NCBI GenBank assembly: GCA_943788675.1
Contig: CALSRE010000002.1
Span: 6,679 to 70,678, forward strand
Direction of reading: 5' to 3'
Length of the DNA: 64,000 nt
DNA from: an uncultured bacterium
GTDB lineage: Bacteria; Fidelibacterota; Marinisomatia; Marinisomatales; Marinisomataceae
In this document: positions 48,226 to 56,885 of the stretch, in pieces
Layout of the letters: each line of letters opens with the position of its first letter
Numbering within the stretch: the stretch's first letter is position 1
The notes under the pieces: generated by a model
Told to the model about the DNA's origin: nothing
Database searches by the model: none
Seen by the model: the letters and a program-made list of their open reading frames with translations, nothing else
Made by a program: the position numbers and the translations under genes

Positions 48226-48438
48226 TTATATTTTCCTTTTCATATTCAACATGATTACTCTAACCCCATAGATAAACCAAACTACAACTACCCCCCACCA
48301 TAAGGCAAAAAACCAGTCATTTTTATTTGTTCCATTCCAATTAAGCCATTCAAATACAAATGCTTCAACAAATAGATCAAAGGCCAAGAATGCAAAAAAA
48401 CCAAAAATCCATAGAAGAAAGAAATTAAAAATCTTCAT
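48226..48438 (-). CDS. Small Trp-rich two-TM membrane protein
   Basis: Hydrophobic segments FFLLWIFGFFAFLAF and FALWWGVVVVWFIYGV. Overlaps the GNAT gene by 4 nt. Confidence 0.45.
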   Translation of the reverse strand: MKIFNFFLLWIFGFFAFLAFDLFVEAFVFEWLNWNGTNKNDWFFALWWGVVVVWFIYGVRVIMLNMKRKI

Positions 48439-48887
48439 AATGTTTTTTTCATTTTATATCCAACTGCAGGATAATTAGTTCCAGAAATTTTACCCACTTT
48501 CTCTTTTATAATTTTAAACCCTAGTGAAGTATAAAGATTCAAAGCTCTAAAGTTATTATCAAGAACAGTAACGGTGGGATTTCCTTGTATTTTTTGTAGA
48601 ACGTAACTCAACAATTTTTTGCCATATCCCTTTTTATGTGATGATGGGTTAACATACAACCAAGTAATATCATTTTTATCATATGCTACAAACCCAACAA
48701 CATGATTACTGATTAAACCGACGTATACTTTTGAATTGAACAACTCTTCATCCTTATAACACTCTTTAAGAGGAATAAATGCATCTAATGATGCTGATCC
48801 TTCAAGTTCGACAATTCTTGCTTTATCGTGGATAAGACAAATTTTATCCCAATCTAGCTGATGAACATACTCTCTTATTGAAAACAT
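48435..48887 (-). CDS. GNAT-family N-acetyltransferase
   Basis: VVGFVAY...WLYVNPSSHKKGYGKKLL...ALNLYTSLGF. Confidence 0.8.
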   Translation of the reverse strand: MFSIREYVHQLDWDKICLIHDKARIVELEGSASLDAFIPLKECYKDEELFNSKVYVGLISNHVVGFVAYDKNDITWLYVNPSSHKKGYGKKLLSYVLQKIQGNPTVTVLDNNFRALNLYTSLGFKIIKEKVGKISGTNYPAVGYKMKKTL

Positions 48888-48888
48888 T

Positions 48889-49005
48889 CTAATCTTCTTC
48901 GTTCATAGCGAGATTGAATACCATAAAAACAACAAAAATCATGCATAAAAAGAACATAGGAAGCTCTATTGCATGTTGAAAAGTAAATGGTCCCCATTCT
49001 ATCAT
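48889..49005 (-). CDS. Possible small membrane protein (38 aa)
   Basis: MIEWGPFTFQHAIELPMFFLCMIFVVFMVFNLAMNEED. Its stop lies 1 nt before the GNAT start. No clear RBS, and it sits just downstream of a terminator. Confidence 0.25.
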   Translation of the reverse strand: MIEWGPFTFQHAIELPMFFLCMIFVVFMVFNLAMNEED

Positions 49006-49015
49006 ATACTAATAT

Positions 49016-49045
49016 AAAAAAAAAGGGGCACAAATGCCCCTTTTT
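49016..49045 (-). terminator. Rho-independent terminator (bidirectional shape)
   Basis: A9-GGGGCA-CAAA-TGCCCC-T5. On the minus strand the stem is followed by nine T, 18 nt after the stop of 49063-49242. Confidence 0.7.
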
Positions 49046-49062
49046 CAATTCAAATTGAATAA

Positions 49063-49242
49063 TTATTTTTCATTCAATTGTGCTCTTACCCCTAAAATGC
49101 CAAATGTTGGAGCCCATAATCCCACAAATACTCCAACTTGTCTTGCAGATGCTGGATCTTCATAACCTGGAAGATTTAAAAATAATAGCACTGCCATCAA
49201 TATTGACACAATCATTAAAAGGTACCATGAATTTGAGTTCAT
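49063..49242 (-). CDS. Small two-TM membrane protein (59 aa, just below the ORF-track threshold)
   Basis: MNSNSWYLLMIVSILMAVLLFLNLPGYEDPASARQVGVFVGLWAPTFGILGVRAQLNEK, with an AGGAGA RBS 7 nt upstream. The plus-strand ORF 49080-49277 in the track is its antisense shadow. Confidence 0.55.
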   Translation of the reverse strand: MNSNSWYLLMIVSILMAVLLFLNLPGYEDPASARQVGVFVGLWAPTFGILGVRAQLNEK

Positions 49243-49263
49243 ATCATTCTCCTATCAACTTGT

Positions 49264-49368
49264 TTAATAAACACTAAATAATTTTAATAAAAATGCTATA
49301 ACAATTAAAAACAATACAAGCTTAGTATCTAAACAGTAATGCACTATTTTTTCTATCAATTTATCCAT
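49264..49368 (-). CDS. Possible small single-TM peptide (34 aa)
   Basis: MDKLIEKIVHYCLDTKLVLFLIVIAFLLKLFSVY. Its ATG overlaps the stop of the preceding peptide (ATGGATAA). Confidence 0.3.
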   Translation of the reverse strand: MDKLIEKIVHYCLDTKLVLFLIVIAFLLKLFSVY

Positions 49369-49495
49369 TTGTTAAAACTCCTAAGTATATCATTATACCA
49401 ACTACAAATGTAAAAAGAATAGATAGCACAAATCCAATCTTGGTATCAAGAATAGATAAAAGAGTGTCTGAAATGTTATTTATTATTTTTAGCAT
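49361..49495 (-). CDS. Possible small single-TM peptide (44 aa), paralogous in layout to 49264-49368
   Basis: MLKIINNISDTLLSILDTKIGFVLSILFTFVVGIMIYLGVLTNG. Shares the amphipathic N-terminus, the LDTK motif and the TM layout. Confidence 0.3.
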   Translation of the reverse strand: MLKIINNISDTLLSILDTKIGFVLSILFTFVVGIMIYLGVLTNG

Positions 49496-49540
49496 CTTTT
49501 TAAAATACTTCTTTTGTATCGAAATATCAAATGATTGAAT

Positions 49541-50143
49541 TTAAAAGTGTGTCATAAATGTAAAAAAAGAATCATCACCGTTAGATCCAATTTCAAGTAG
49601 GTAGTTTCCTTTAAAGAAACGCACTACTGGTATAAACATGTAAGAAAATTGATCATTATTATATTCAATCCTATATTGGGCAATAAGCCATGTGGACATC
49701 TTTGAATAATCTACTGTATAAGGGCTATATGCAAACCTGGAACTGGAAACCCAACTACTGGTATGTGAATAATATTCTAACATTTGCATGACCATTAGCT
49801 GACGATTTTCCCAATCTCCATGCACTCCAAATGTTCCCATACTTTTAGAGTTCTTTGTATTTACACCAACGCTTGAGAGAAGGTAAATGTTAGCTTGTGA
49901 ATTTCTGCTATTCCATCTCTTTGCTAAATAATTGTTATTTATTAATGCAAATGTTTCGTTTGATTTCCTGTCCTCAAGAACCCTTCCACCAATTAACCAA
50001 TTACTAGTTTGAGAAACTCCAAATCTAATATCATTGAGACTGGGGGTTTGACTGACCCAAAACACCTTACCATTTTTAAAAATTACGGGATGTGCAGAAA
50101 TACTGCTTAACAAAATAATGAAAACCAATAATGATCTAAGCAT
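49541..50143 (-). CDS. Secreted protein, probably a small outer-membrane beta-barrel (ends in Phe)
   Basis: Signal peptide LLSSISA|HP, alternating aromatic beta pattern, C-terminus FFTFMTHF. 1-nt overlap with the upstream HMA gene. Confidence 0.5.
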   Translation of the reverse strand: MLRSLLVFIILLSSISAHPVIFKNGKVFWVSQTPSLNDIRFGVSQTSNWLIGGRVLEDRKSNETFALINNNYLAKRWNSRNSQANIYLLSSVGVNTKNSKSMGTFGVHGDWENRQLMVMQMLEYYSHTSSWVSSSRFAYSPYTVDYSKMSTWLIAQYRIEYNNDQFSYMFIPVVRFFKGNYLLEIGSNGDDSFFTFMTHF

Positions 50144-50586
50144 TAGTTTACTAAAGAATATTTTTGGTCAGAAGCTTGGTTGAATGCCATGGGCTGCAAA
50201 ATACCCAACTTATCAAAACTAAACTTTGTTAGTTTTTTGTCTTGAAGAATAAAAAGTGCATTGACATCATAGCCAGCTTCTTCGATAACCTTAACAATAT
50301 TTTCAGGGTTAACATTTGATGATTTGTTTAATGCAAGCTGCACATATTGTGCATCAATATCAACCATAACCCCATCGTTAAATTTTGACTTATCAATGAA
50401 ATCTGTTTTTGCAAAACCTTCACCAATTCCAAAAGCGCACATTGAACAAACCATTCCAAGCACTTCAATAACTGCCTCATTGTCATTCAATTGAATTTCT
50501 TTATCTTGAATAGCTACCTTAGATTGAGAAAAGCCAAGATTCAAAAATAACGTTAATAGTAAAACATGTTTTATATATTTTTTCAT
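50143..50586 (-). CDS. Periplasmic heavy-metal-associated (HMA)-like domain protein
   Basis: Signal peptide, then VIEVLGMVCSMCAFGIGEGF (MxCxxC) and ...VKVIEEAGYDV. Confidence 0.6.
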   Translation of the reverse strand: MKKYIKHVLLLTLFLNLGFSQSKVAIQDKEIQLNDNEAVIEVLGMVCSMCAFGIGEGFAKTDFIDKSKFNDGVMVDIDAQYVQLALNKSSNVNPENIVKVIEEAGYDVNALFILQDKKLTKFSFDKLGILQPMAFNQASDQKYSLVN

Positions 50587-50689
50587 ACTAAAACTTAAAC
50601 AGCATTATTTTTTGGTACAAGTAGGCAAATTAATGTAACTACCTTGTGCAATACTTAACCTGCACCACCACCTCCTCCACCGCCAGCAC

Positions 50690-50938
50690 CTATTCTTTAA
50701 GAAAGGGAAACAACCTGCATGGACCCGCCATTGCTTTTCTGAGTAACCACGTAAAAAGTAGTGGCATGCTTGATGCTATTATATGAATCATATATTCATC
50801 TTTACTTTGATCCATAAATGATAAAACGCTCATTGAAAGCGTCATCAAAAAACCAATCCAATGCAATACCAATAATAGTTTTAGCATTAAAAATCTAATT
50901 GAAATGACATGATTAGAATCATAAAAATAATTAACCAA
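50690..50938 (-). CDS. Hypothetical small membrane protein
   Basis: ORF with two hydrophobic segments. No family recognised. Confidence 0.35.
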   Translation of the reverse strand: MVNYFYDSNHVISIRFLMLKLLLVLHWIGFLMTLSMSVLSFMDQSKDEYMIHIIASSMPLLFTWLLRKAMAGPCRLFPFLKE

Positions 50939-50985
50939 GCCGCTAAAAGAAAAATTAAAATCTTATAGGAAGGCTCTTGCTTCAA

Positions 50986-51393
50986 TTATTTTTCCTCTAT
51001 AGCAATTACACTTACAGTGTTTGAGCCAATATTTTTAACCATATGCTCTGTACCGGCGTCTTGTTGGGCTAAAAATCCTGTTTCAAGTTCTCTAACATTT
51101 ACTGTTCCGTCTGGTAGAGTGATTTGCATCAATCCCCCCTCGATCACATAGTATAAAAGATTTCCATGATAATGCATTTTATCGCTCTTTCCAGGCTCAA
51201 AAACAACCATCATGACTATAAAGTCGTCATAGTCTCCTACAACATTATAAATCTCTGGTGATACAACCTCAGGACTATTATCGTTGCGTTTTCTATCATT
51301 TTTTTCGGATGATTCTATGGTATTTCCAATTGTGACTGGAACAACACATGCTTGAAGCAATAAAAAAGCTGATACTATTAATATTTTTTTCAT
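50986..51393 (-). CDS. Secreted cupin-domain protein
   Basis: Probable start MKKILIVSAFLLLQAC. MHYHGNLLYYVIEGG...GTEHMVKNIG (cupin motifs). Confidence 0.7.
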   Translation of the reverse strand: MKKILIVSAFLLLQACVVPVTIGNTIESSEKNDRKRNDNSPEVVSPEIYNVVGDYDDFIVMMVVFEPGKSDKMHYHGNLLYYVIEGGLMQITLPDGTVNVRELETGFLAQQDAGTEHMVKNIGSNTVSVIAIEEK

Positions 51394-51433
51394 AATTATT
51401 CCCATGTTTTTTTTGAAAGAGAAAATATACTAT

Positions 51434-52672
51434 CTATACAGAAGATATGATATTTTTATCGTTACTTGTAAATAAAACTACAGTAGAAACCACTAAAGTA
51501 AATAATGCATAACACAATATAAAAAAATGCATTGATGATGAAAAATATCCTAGCTGAAGACATGCTAGCACCGCTAATGAACGTAAAAATTCAACTTTAA
51601 ATCCTACACGCTTTCCATCCAAGATAAATGAATTAGTTACAGATGCAGTTACAACTAGCAAAACAATTGCTAGCATTTCCGTATACAAATAGCTTTGAAC
51701 ATTATATAACATAATTACAGTCATAATATTAATTACTGCAAACTGAGCTCCTGCAAAAATTTTTTCTCTTAACGATATTTCAGGATCATATTTTTCAAAA
51801 CTAGATAAATCATTTTTATTAATTGGATATTTGCTTGCAACATCTTCTGGTCTCCAGCTTGGAGGAGAAAACCATACTTTAATTTTATCAGAAAATCTTT
51901 CGGTATGATAGGAGTCAAAAATCATTTGATAAAAAACCTCTATATTGGCCCAAAATGGATTAAAAGACTTTAACGGTTTTACTGTTCCATACACTGGTTT
52001 CAGATCTGCTCTTTCATCAATAAACGTTCCAAACATTCTATCCCACAAGATAAATACTCCACCATAATTGGCATCTAAGTAATCTTCATTTTGTGCATGA
52101 TGTACTCTATGGTTTGATGGGGTTACAAAAATATATTCAAGAAATCCTAATCTACCAATATGCTCTGTATGAACCCAAAATTGATATATCATATTTAGAC
52201 CAGCTACAGTGACATATATATGAGGCGGAATGCCAATAAAAAAAATGGGCAAGAAAAATACCCATTTCCATAAGAACCCAGTACTGGTCTGCCTTAAGGC
52301 TGTTGATAGATTAAATTCTTCTCCATGATGATGAACCACATGGGTAGCCCAAAAAACTTTAATTTCATGATGAATACGATGCATCCAATAATAACAAATA
52401 TCATATAGTATAAAAGCTGTAACCCACACCCAAATTGCCTCGCTATCTAATAACTTAAGATTGTATTGTTCGGTTATAGCTTTATAAACCACATATTGAA
52501 ATCCTAAACCTAAGATAGGCACAAACCTGCTAATCAGCCCCAAAGATAAGCTGGTAATAAAATCATTAATTCGATAATTGTTACTCTTATTAATAACGCC
52601 ATAAAAAAATTCAATAAGTATTAGTCCAAAAAAAATTGGTATTGAAAGAGTTATTAGTATTGATGAATCCAT
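51434..52672 (-). CDS. Fatty-acid hydroxylase / sterol desaturase superfamily membrane protein with an extra C-terminal TM domain
   Basis: Histidine boxes HRIHHE, HVVHHHGEEFN and HRVHHAQN. About 110 additional hydrophobic C-terminal residues. Confidence 0.8.
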   Translation of the reverse strand: MDSSILITLSIPIFFGLILIEFFYGVINKSNNYRINDFITSLSLGLISRFVPILGLGFQYVVYKAITEQYNLKLLDSEAIWVWVTAFILYDICYYWMHRIHHEIKVFWATHVVHHHGEEFNLSTALRQTSTGFLWKWVFFLPIFFIGIPPHIYVTVAGLNMIYQFWVHTEHIGRLGFLEYIFVTPSNHRVHHAQNEDYLDANYGGVFILWDRMFGTFIDERADLKPVYGTVKPLKSFNPFWANIEVFYQMIFDSYHTERFSDKIKVWFSPPSWRPEDVASKYPINKNDLSSFEKYDPEISLREKIFAGAQFAVINIMTVIMLYNVQSYLYTEMLAIVLLVVTASVTNSFILDGKRVGFKVEFLRSLAVLACLQLGYFSSSMHFFILCYALFTLVVSTVVLFTSNDKNIISSV

Positions 52673-52691
52673 ATCAGAATTTAATAAATCT

Positions 52692-53465
52692 TTATTTTAC
52701 CTTACTCCATTTTTTTTCAAACCAAAATGTTCTACCAAGCGTATCTTTCATTTTGGCAGTTTTTCCATAAAACTTCATCCACTTATCAAACTGCTTATCT
52801 TTGTGTGACTTATTTTCATTCATCCACGAATACAGCTCTCCTCCTCCAAGGTGATAGGTATCATGAATTTGACTTACCACATGATCTAAAAATTCAATAG
52901 TTATTAAATTTTTAAGCGGTTGAAAAGGATTTTTGTCCCATTTTCCAAGGATTTCAGCTCTTAAGTAATTCCCCATGCCATTAAACCATTTTTGATTCAT
53001 TATCGCTACATGAGCTGGCTTGGTAAAGTCTCTATGGTTTAAATTGTCCATAATATTATCTCTAAACTTTTTTTCTTCATGGAATACATCTGGGCCACGG
53101 TTGGGATTCCAGTCCCTTGAAACGCTTTTACCAAACCTTCTCACATCACTCCAAACAAACCAAGAATTATCGCTCATTCGAAAACGAATATGTCCATGCT
53201 TCCAATGCTTATTTTTATACCCTCTTTTTTGAAAGTTTTTAAAACAGCCTGTCATTCCTAAAGATATTACGACAGGTTCTGTATCAAAAAATAACTTGAG
53301 CTCTTTTCCTCTACTAATAGCGGATATTTTCTTCCCTTTTAAATCAATGCCTTCAATAAGTTTTAATTTGTTGGTTTTGAGAAAGCGTACATCTTGAATG
53401 GTTCGTTTTTTATTTATCTCGGTTACAAATTGAGCTGTTAATCTTACTTCAGAAATTTCAGGCAT
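52692..53465 (-). CDS. Fpg/Nei-family DNA glycosylase lacking the Cys4 zinc finger (zincless-finger type)
   Basis: N-terminal MPEISEV (catalytic Pro2/Glu3). H2TH motif NGMGNYLRAEIL. The C-terminus FYGKTAKMKDTLGRTFWFEKKW occupies the zinc-finger position. The protein has only one Cys. Confidence 0.8.
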   Translation of the reverse strand: MPEISEVRLTAQFVTEINKKRTIQDVRFLKTNKLKLIEGIDLKGKKISAISRGKELKLFFDTEPVVISLGMTGCFKNFQKRGYKNKHWKHGHIRFRMSDNSWFVWSDVRRFGKSVSRDWNPNRGPDVFHEEKKFRDNIMDNLNHRDFTKPAHVAIMNQKWFNGMGNYLRAEILGKWDKNPFQPLKNLITIEFLDHVVSQIHDTYHLGGGELYSWMNENKSHKDKQFDKWMKFYGKTAKMKDTLGRTFWFEKKWSKVK

Positions 53466-53534
53466 ATTAAAAATTATGTTGTTTTTAAAATTTAATGATA
53501 AAGTATATTAAGTTTATTAATTAAGGAGAAAATT

Positions 53535-54083
53535 ATGAAAAAAATTTTGTTTACAATCGTTGCTTTACTTTCATTTTCATTTGCACAAGAAGCTTCTAGT
53601 AGTCCGTGGGGCATTTATGGAGGACTAACATCTGCTGGTTCAAGTGATTCTGATGGAAGAATTTCTGGTTTAAGCATTGGTGGATCATATACCATTAACG
53701 ATAAATGGTCAGCAGGAGCTGGATTATCAGTTCGTGGTGGAAAATATGATTTTCAAGATGAAGAAACTGGAATTGAAGCAGCTGCTGAACTAAAAGGAGA
53801 TGCGCTTGAATTATGGACATCTTACTCTTTAATGCAATCTGAATCCTTTGGGCTATCAACAGGTTTGATTTATGCTAATATTTATAGCACCAAAATAAAA
53901 TTTATGGGACTAACTCTGGATGAAGACAATGAGTCCGAAAGCGACTATGGATTGTTTTTAAAAGGATCTATTCCTCTAAGAGAAAATTTGGGTCTCAATA
54001 TTGGGTATTATATGGGATTAAAAGATCAAGGTGAAGATGAAACTCTGAACAATCTTTGGATTGAAGTTGGCTATAGCTTTTAA
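53535..54083 (+). CDS. Small outer-membrane beta-barrel protein, paralogous to the barrel part of 54906-55784
   Basis: GGAGAA RBS and a signal peptide. SPWGIYGGLTSAGS...GLSIGGSYTIN..., ELWTSYSL, DYGLFLKGS, and the end IEVGYSF. Confidence 0.65.
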   Translation: MKKILFTIVALLSFSFAQEASSSPWGIYGGLTSAGSSDSDGRISGLSIGGSYTINDKWSAGAGLSVRGGKYDFQDEETGIEAAAELKGDALELWTSYSLMQSESFGLSTGLIYANIYSTKIKFMGLTLDEDNESESDYGLFLKGSIPLRENLGLNIGYYMGLKDQGEDETLNNLWIEVGYSF

Positions 54084-54104
54084 ATCATCTAAAGCTTAAA
54101 AATT

Positions 54105-54131
54105 GAGGGGCTTTATAGCCCCTCTTTTTTT
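54105..54131 (+). terminator. Rho-independent terminator
   Basis: GAGGGGCT-TTAT-AGCCCCTC followed by TTTTTTT. It overlaps the last codons of the convergent minus-strand gene. Confidence 0.7.
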
Positions 54132-54898
54132 ATAAATCCTTTTTCAAAAATATCATTGACACTACTTGTTGCCCAAAGCTGATAAGTATATAATGATGGG
54201 TGCAATTGATCAGTTTCAAAAAAATCATCTATAGTTAACTGCTCATTATTGGCAATAGATAAAAATTGGTTTAAAGTAATTTTATTGTCAAGATAAAGGA
54301 CATTATTCCCTTCAATTCCTTTCAACTTTATTCTTAAAATATCAGTCATATTTCCAACAATAAAACGCATCAATTTTGAAAAAATTGGGAATTCCCTAGT
54401 TGGTGGCATATTGATAATCACAATCTTTGCAGATGGAAAGCTTTTCTGCAAGTAGTTAATAATATTTTCCATTTCTTTTCTCCACTTCCATGGAGGTGTA
54501 AAACGAAATGAATCATTGCCTCCTAAACCAACGACAAATAAATCAACTTGCTCATCATTTATTTGCGTTAAAAGCTTTGAATGTACTATTTCAGCAGTAA
54601 TTCCATTTTTAGCATACACCTTCCAAGAAATATTCGTATTTGTTGAACTAGCGATATTTCTAGCAAAGGTCCCAGCGAATGCTTCTTTATGTGAAGACAT
54701 TCCTAGGGCTACCATGGTACTTTCGCCGATAAATACTAAATGGTTATTTTTTCTACTTCCAACATTCTCTTTACCTTGAATATCAGTAGGTGCTTCAAGC
54801 ACAGGAACATTCTCTCTAATATCCTTTAATTTTGCACTTATAATTGGATAGCATACTAGTAAAATGAGTAGGTTAAAAAAATAATAAATGCTTAGCAT
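54113..54898 (-). CDS. SGNH/GDSL-family hydrolase
   Basis: VFIGESTM (block I Ser), VVGLGGNDS (block II/III), and DQLHPS near the C-terminus (block V). Confidence 0.7.
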   Translation of the reverse strand: MLSIYYFFNLLILLVCYPIISAKLKDIRENVPVLEAPTDIQGKENVGSRKNNHLVFIGESTMVALGMSSHKEAFAGTFARNIASSTNTNISWKVYAKNGITAEIVHSKLLTQINDEQVDLFVVGLGGNDSFRFTPPWKWRKEMENIINYLQKSFPSAKIVIINMPPTREFPIFSKLMRFIVGNMTDILRIKLKGIEGNNVLYLDNKITLNQFLSIANNEQLTIDDFFETDQLHPSLYTYQLWATSSVNDIFEKGFIKKEGL

Positions 54899-54905
54899 TT
54901 TGATA

Positions 54906-55784
54906 TTATATATTTAATGGAATACTAAATTGTAACGATACATTTTCAAACGAATAATCTGCAAATGACTTAAAGTACGATAATTTTGTTGAGAATAAAT
55001 CATTCTTAGCTGTAAATCCTAACATCAATCCATAGTCGTGTTCAGAGACACTATTTTCAAATGAGATGTTATCTCCCCAAAAGTCACTTTCTTCTTCGAC
55101 TTCAAACAAATATGCATAAGAAAATCCAGACCATACTGAAAAATTGTGTTGAGAAAATACATCATACGTTGCCCAAAGCTCAATTCCTGAAAAAACAAAA
55201 TCTTCAAAATAGTCATTTTCACCAGCGCAATAATCAATAAAACATTCATCGTCATCATCTGAAAAATTTAGAATTCTACGATCATCATCTCTTTCATCTT
55301 CATCATTTTCATAGTAGTATATCTCAGCTTTTTGTTTAAATCCACGTTGAGTAAGTCCTACTCCATAGGTAAGTCTTTCATTGGCACTATAAGACACTCC
55401 AGCACTGATTCCGCCAATACTTTGAGATCCTTCTTTATCAGAGCCCATAGATAGTGCACCAACATATATACTCCATGGTCTAAATAAGTCCGGAGCAAGC
55501 TCTACACTGCTCTGCTGTAAACTTTCTTCTTTAATTAACGGTAAAAATTTAGGTGTAGCATCCTCGACTTCTTTCTTAACAACTTTGGGTTTGATAACCG
55601 TTTCAGAAGTGGAAGTTGAATATGTATTTCCTCTCCACTCAAAAGTTGCATCTGGACCTAAATGTAAAAAAGCGATTTCAAAAGCCTCATTAAATGATAA
55701 ATAATTATCCACTCTTAAATCAGCCTTATCCTGTGCATATGATAGATTACAAATAAATAGTAAAAATAAAGTAAATTTTTTCAT
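54906..55784 (-). CDS. Outer-membrane beta-barrel protein with the N-terminal SFxEAF...TFEW.G..Y.T motif
   Basis: Signal peptide. Motif SFNEAFEIAFLHLGPDATFEWRGNTYST at 55614-55697. The barrel part aligns with 53535-54083 (RPWSIYVGALSMGS...GGISAGVSYSAN, ELWATYDV, DYGLMLGF). Confidence 0.6.
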   Translation of the reverse strand: MKKFTLFLLFICNLSYAQDKADLRVDNYLSFNEAFEIAFLHLGPDATFEWRGNTYSTSTSETVIKPKVVKKEVEDATPKFLPLIKEESLQQSSVELAPDLFRPWSIYVGALSMGSDKEGSQSIGGISAGVSYSANERLTYGVGLTQRGFKQKAEIYYYENDEDERDDDRRILNFSDDDDECFIDYCAGENDYFEDFVFSGIELWATYDVFSQHNFSVWSGFSYAYLFEVEEESDFWGDNISFENSVSEHDYGLMLGFTAKNDLFSTKLSYFKSFADYSFENVSLQFSIPLNI

Positions 55785-55797
55785 CTTAACTCCTTTT

Positions 55798-56820
55798 TTA
55801 CTGATTTAAACTAACAGTTTGAATTATAATTCCTTGATTATCTTTAAGGTTTATCGTCAATTTGTTTGATTGTTTATCTAAAAGTATTTCACCATAGTTT
55901 TCTTGGACAAATGTAGGGCCAACTCGTAAAGGACCAGCTTCTTCCTCATTGGTAAAGGATAAATTCAAACTAGATGATGTCATTTCCACAATATTTTTTC
56001 CTGAAGTGGTCGTTAATTGATACAATCCTCCCCTATGCCTATCTCCAGAGATAAATAGTACAGAATCAGAAAAAGATTGATCAATTAAATCAATCAATCT
56101 TTGGCGCTCATGGGGCATTGTTTTCCATGCTTCCCAGCCATGGCCCATAGCTAAAAACTGAATTGATGATACAATAATTCTATGGTCTACCTCTGTAGCC
56201 ATTTTTTGCTCTAACCAATTCCATTGAACATCTCCCAGCATGCTAGTTGATGTGTCTGTTTGTGGTAGATAGCGCTCTTTTCCAGGAGCTCCTTTTTCGT
56301 CTGTTGGAAGCAATGCATCTCTAAAAAATCTAGTATCTAAAAATAGCATTTGAACGGTAAGACCATCAATCTCTTCAATCCATTCAAAATACAAACCCGG
56401 TCTAGACCTTCTAACATCATTTTCAGATATATTCCAAAAATCAAGGAATAATTGCTCAGCTTCTTCCTTGAATATATACTCCTTACCTCCATCATTTTTT
56501 CCATAATCATGGTCATCCCAGATTGCTTCAAATGGGAAATTCAGATCTAAGTCGTCAAAATTTGTACGTTGCTTATCGTATGCATCTCGCAATTCTATTA
56601 AATCATTGCTATCTGTGTCTCCATAAACATTATCACCAAGCATCAAAAATATATCATAGTTTTCACTCTTGATAGTATTGAATATTGGCATTGATCGTTC
56701 TTGAGTTAAACAAGAACCAAAGCCAATGCTATATACATTGGGGTTTTTGATGCTTTGAGTAGATTGGTTTTCTTCGCAAGCAATAAGCAAGAATAGTATT
56801 ATAAAGGCTAGTTTTTTCAT
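55798..56820 (-). CDS. PhoD-like alkaline phosphatase / metallophosphatase lipoprotein
   Basis: Lipobox LLIAC. GSC, LGDNVYGD, WDDHDYGKNDGG and SGDRHRGG. Confidence 0.8.
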   Translation of the reverse strand: MKKLAFIILFLLIACEENQSTQSIKNPNVYSIGFGSCLTQERSMPIFNTIKSENYDIFLMLGDNVYGDTDSNDLIELRDAYDKQRTNFDDLDLNFPFEAIWDDHDYGKNDGGKEYIFKEEAEQLFLDFWNISENDVRRSRPGLYFEWIEEIDGLTVQMLFLDTRFFRDALLPTDEKGAPGKERYLPQTDTSTSMLGDVQWNWLEQKMATEVDHRIIVSSIQFLAMGHGWEAWKTMPHERQRLIDLIDQSFSDSVLFISGDRHRGGLYQLTTTSGKNIVEMTSSSLNLSFTNEEEAGPLRVGPTFVQENYGEILLDKQSNKLTINLKDNQGIIIQTVSLNQ

Positions 56821-56885
56821 TTTGATGTCCTGTGGTTTAAAAAAAAATTAAATCTTATTTTTTAATTACGCAATGAAGGAAATAT

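Noticed and set aside
50655-50690. A GC-rich tract (CCTGCACCACCACCTCCTCCACCGCCAGCACC) that would encode GAGGGGGGGAG* on the minus strand just after the stop of ORF 50690-50938.
   Set aside because: It is out of frame with the upstream ORF and has no start or RBS of its own. It may be the relic of a Gly-rich tail displaced by a frameshift, but I cannot support any function.
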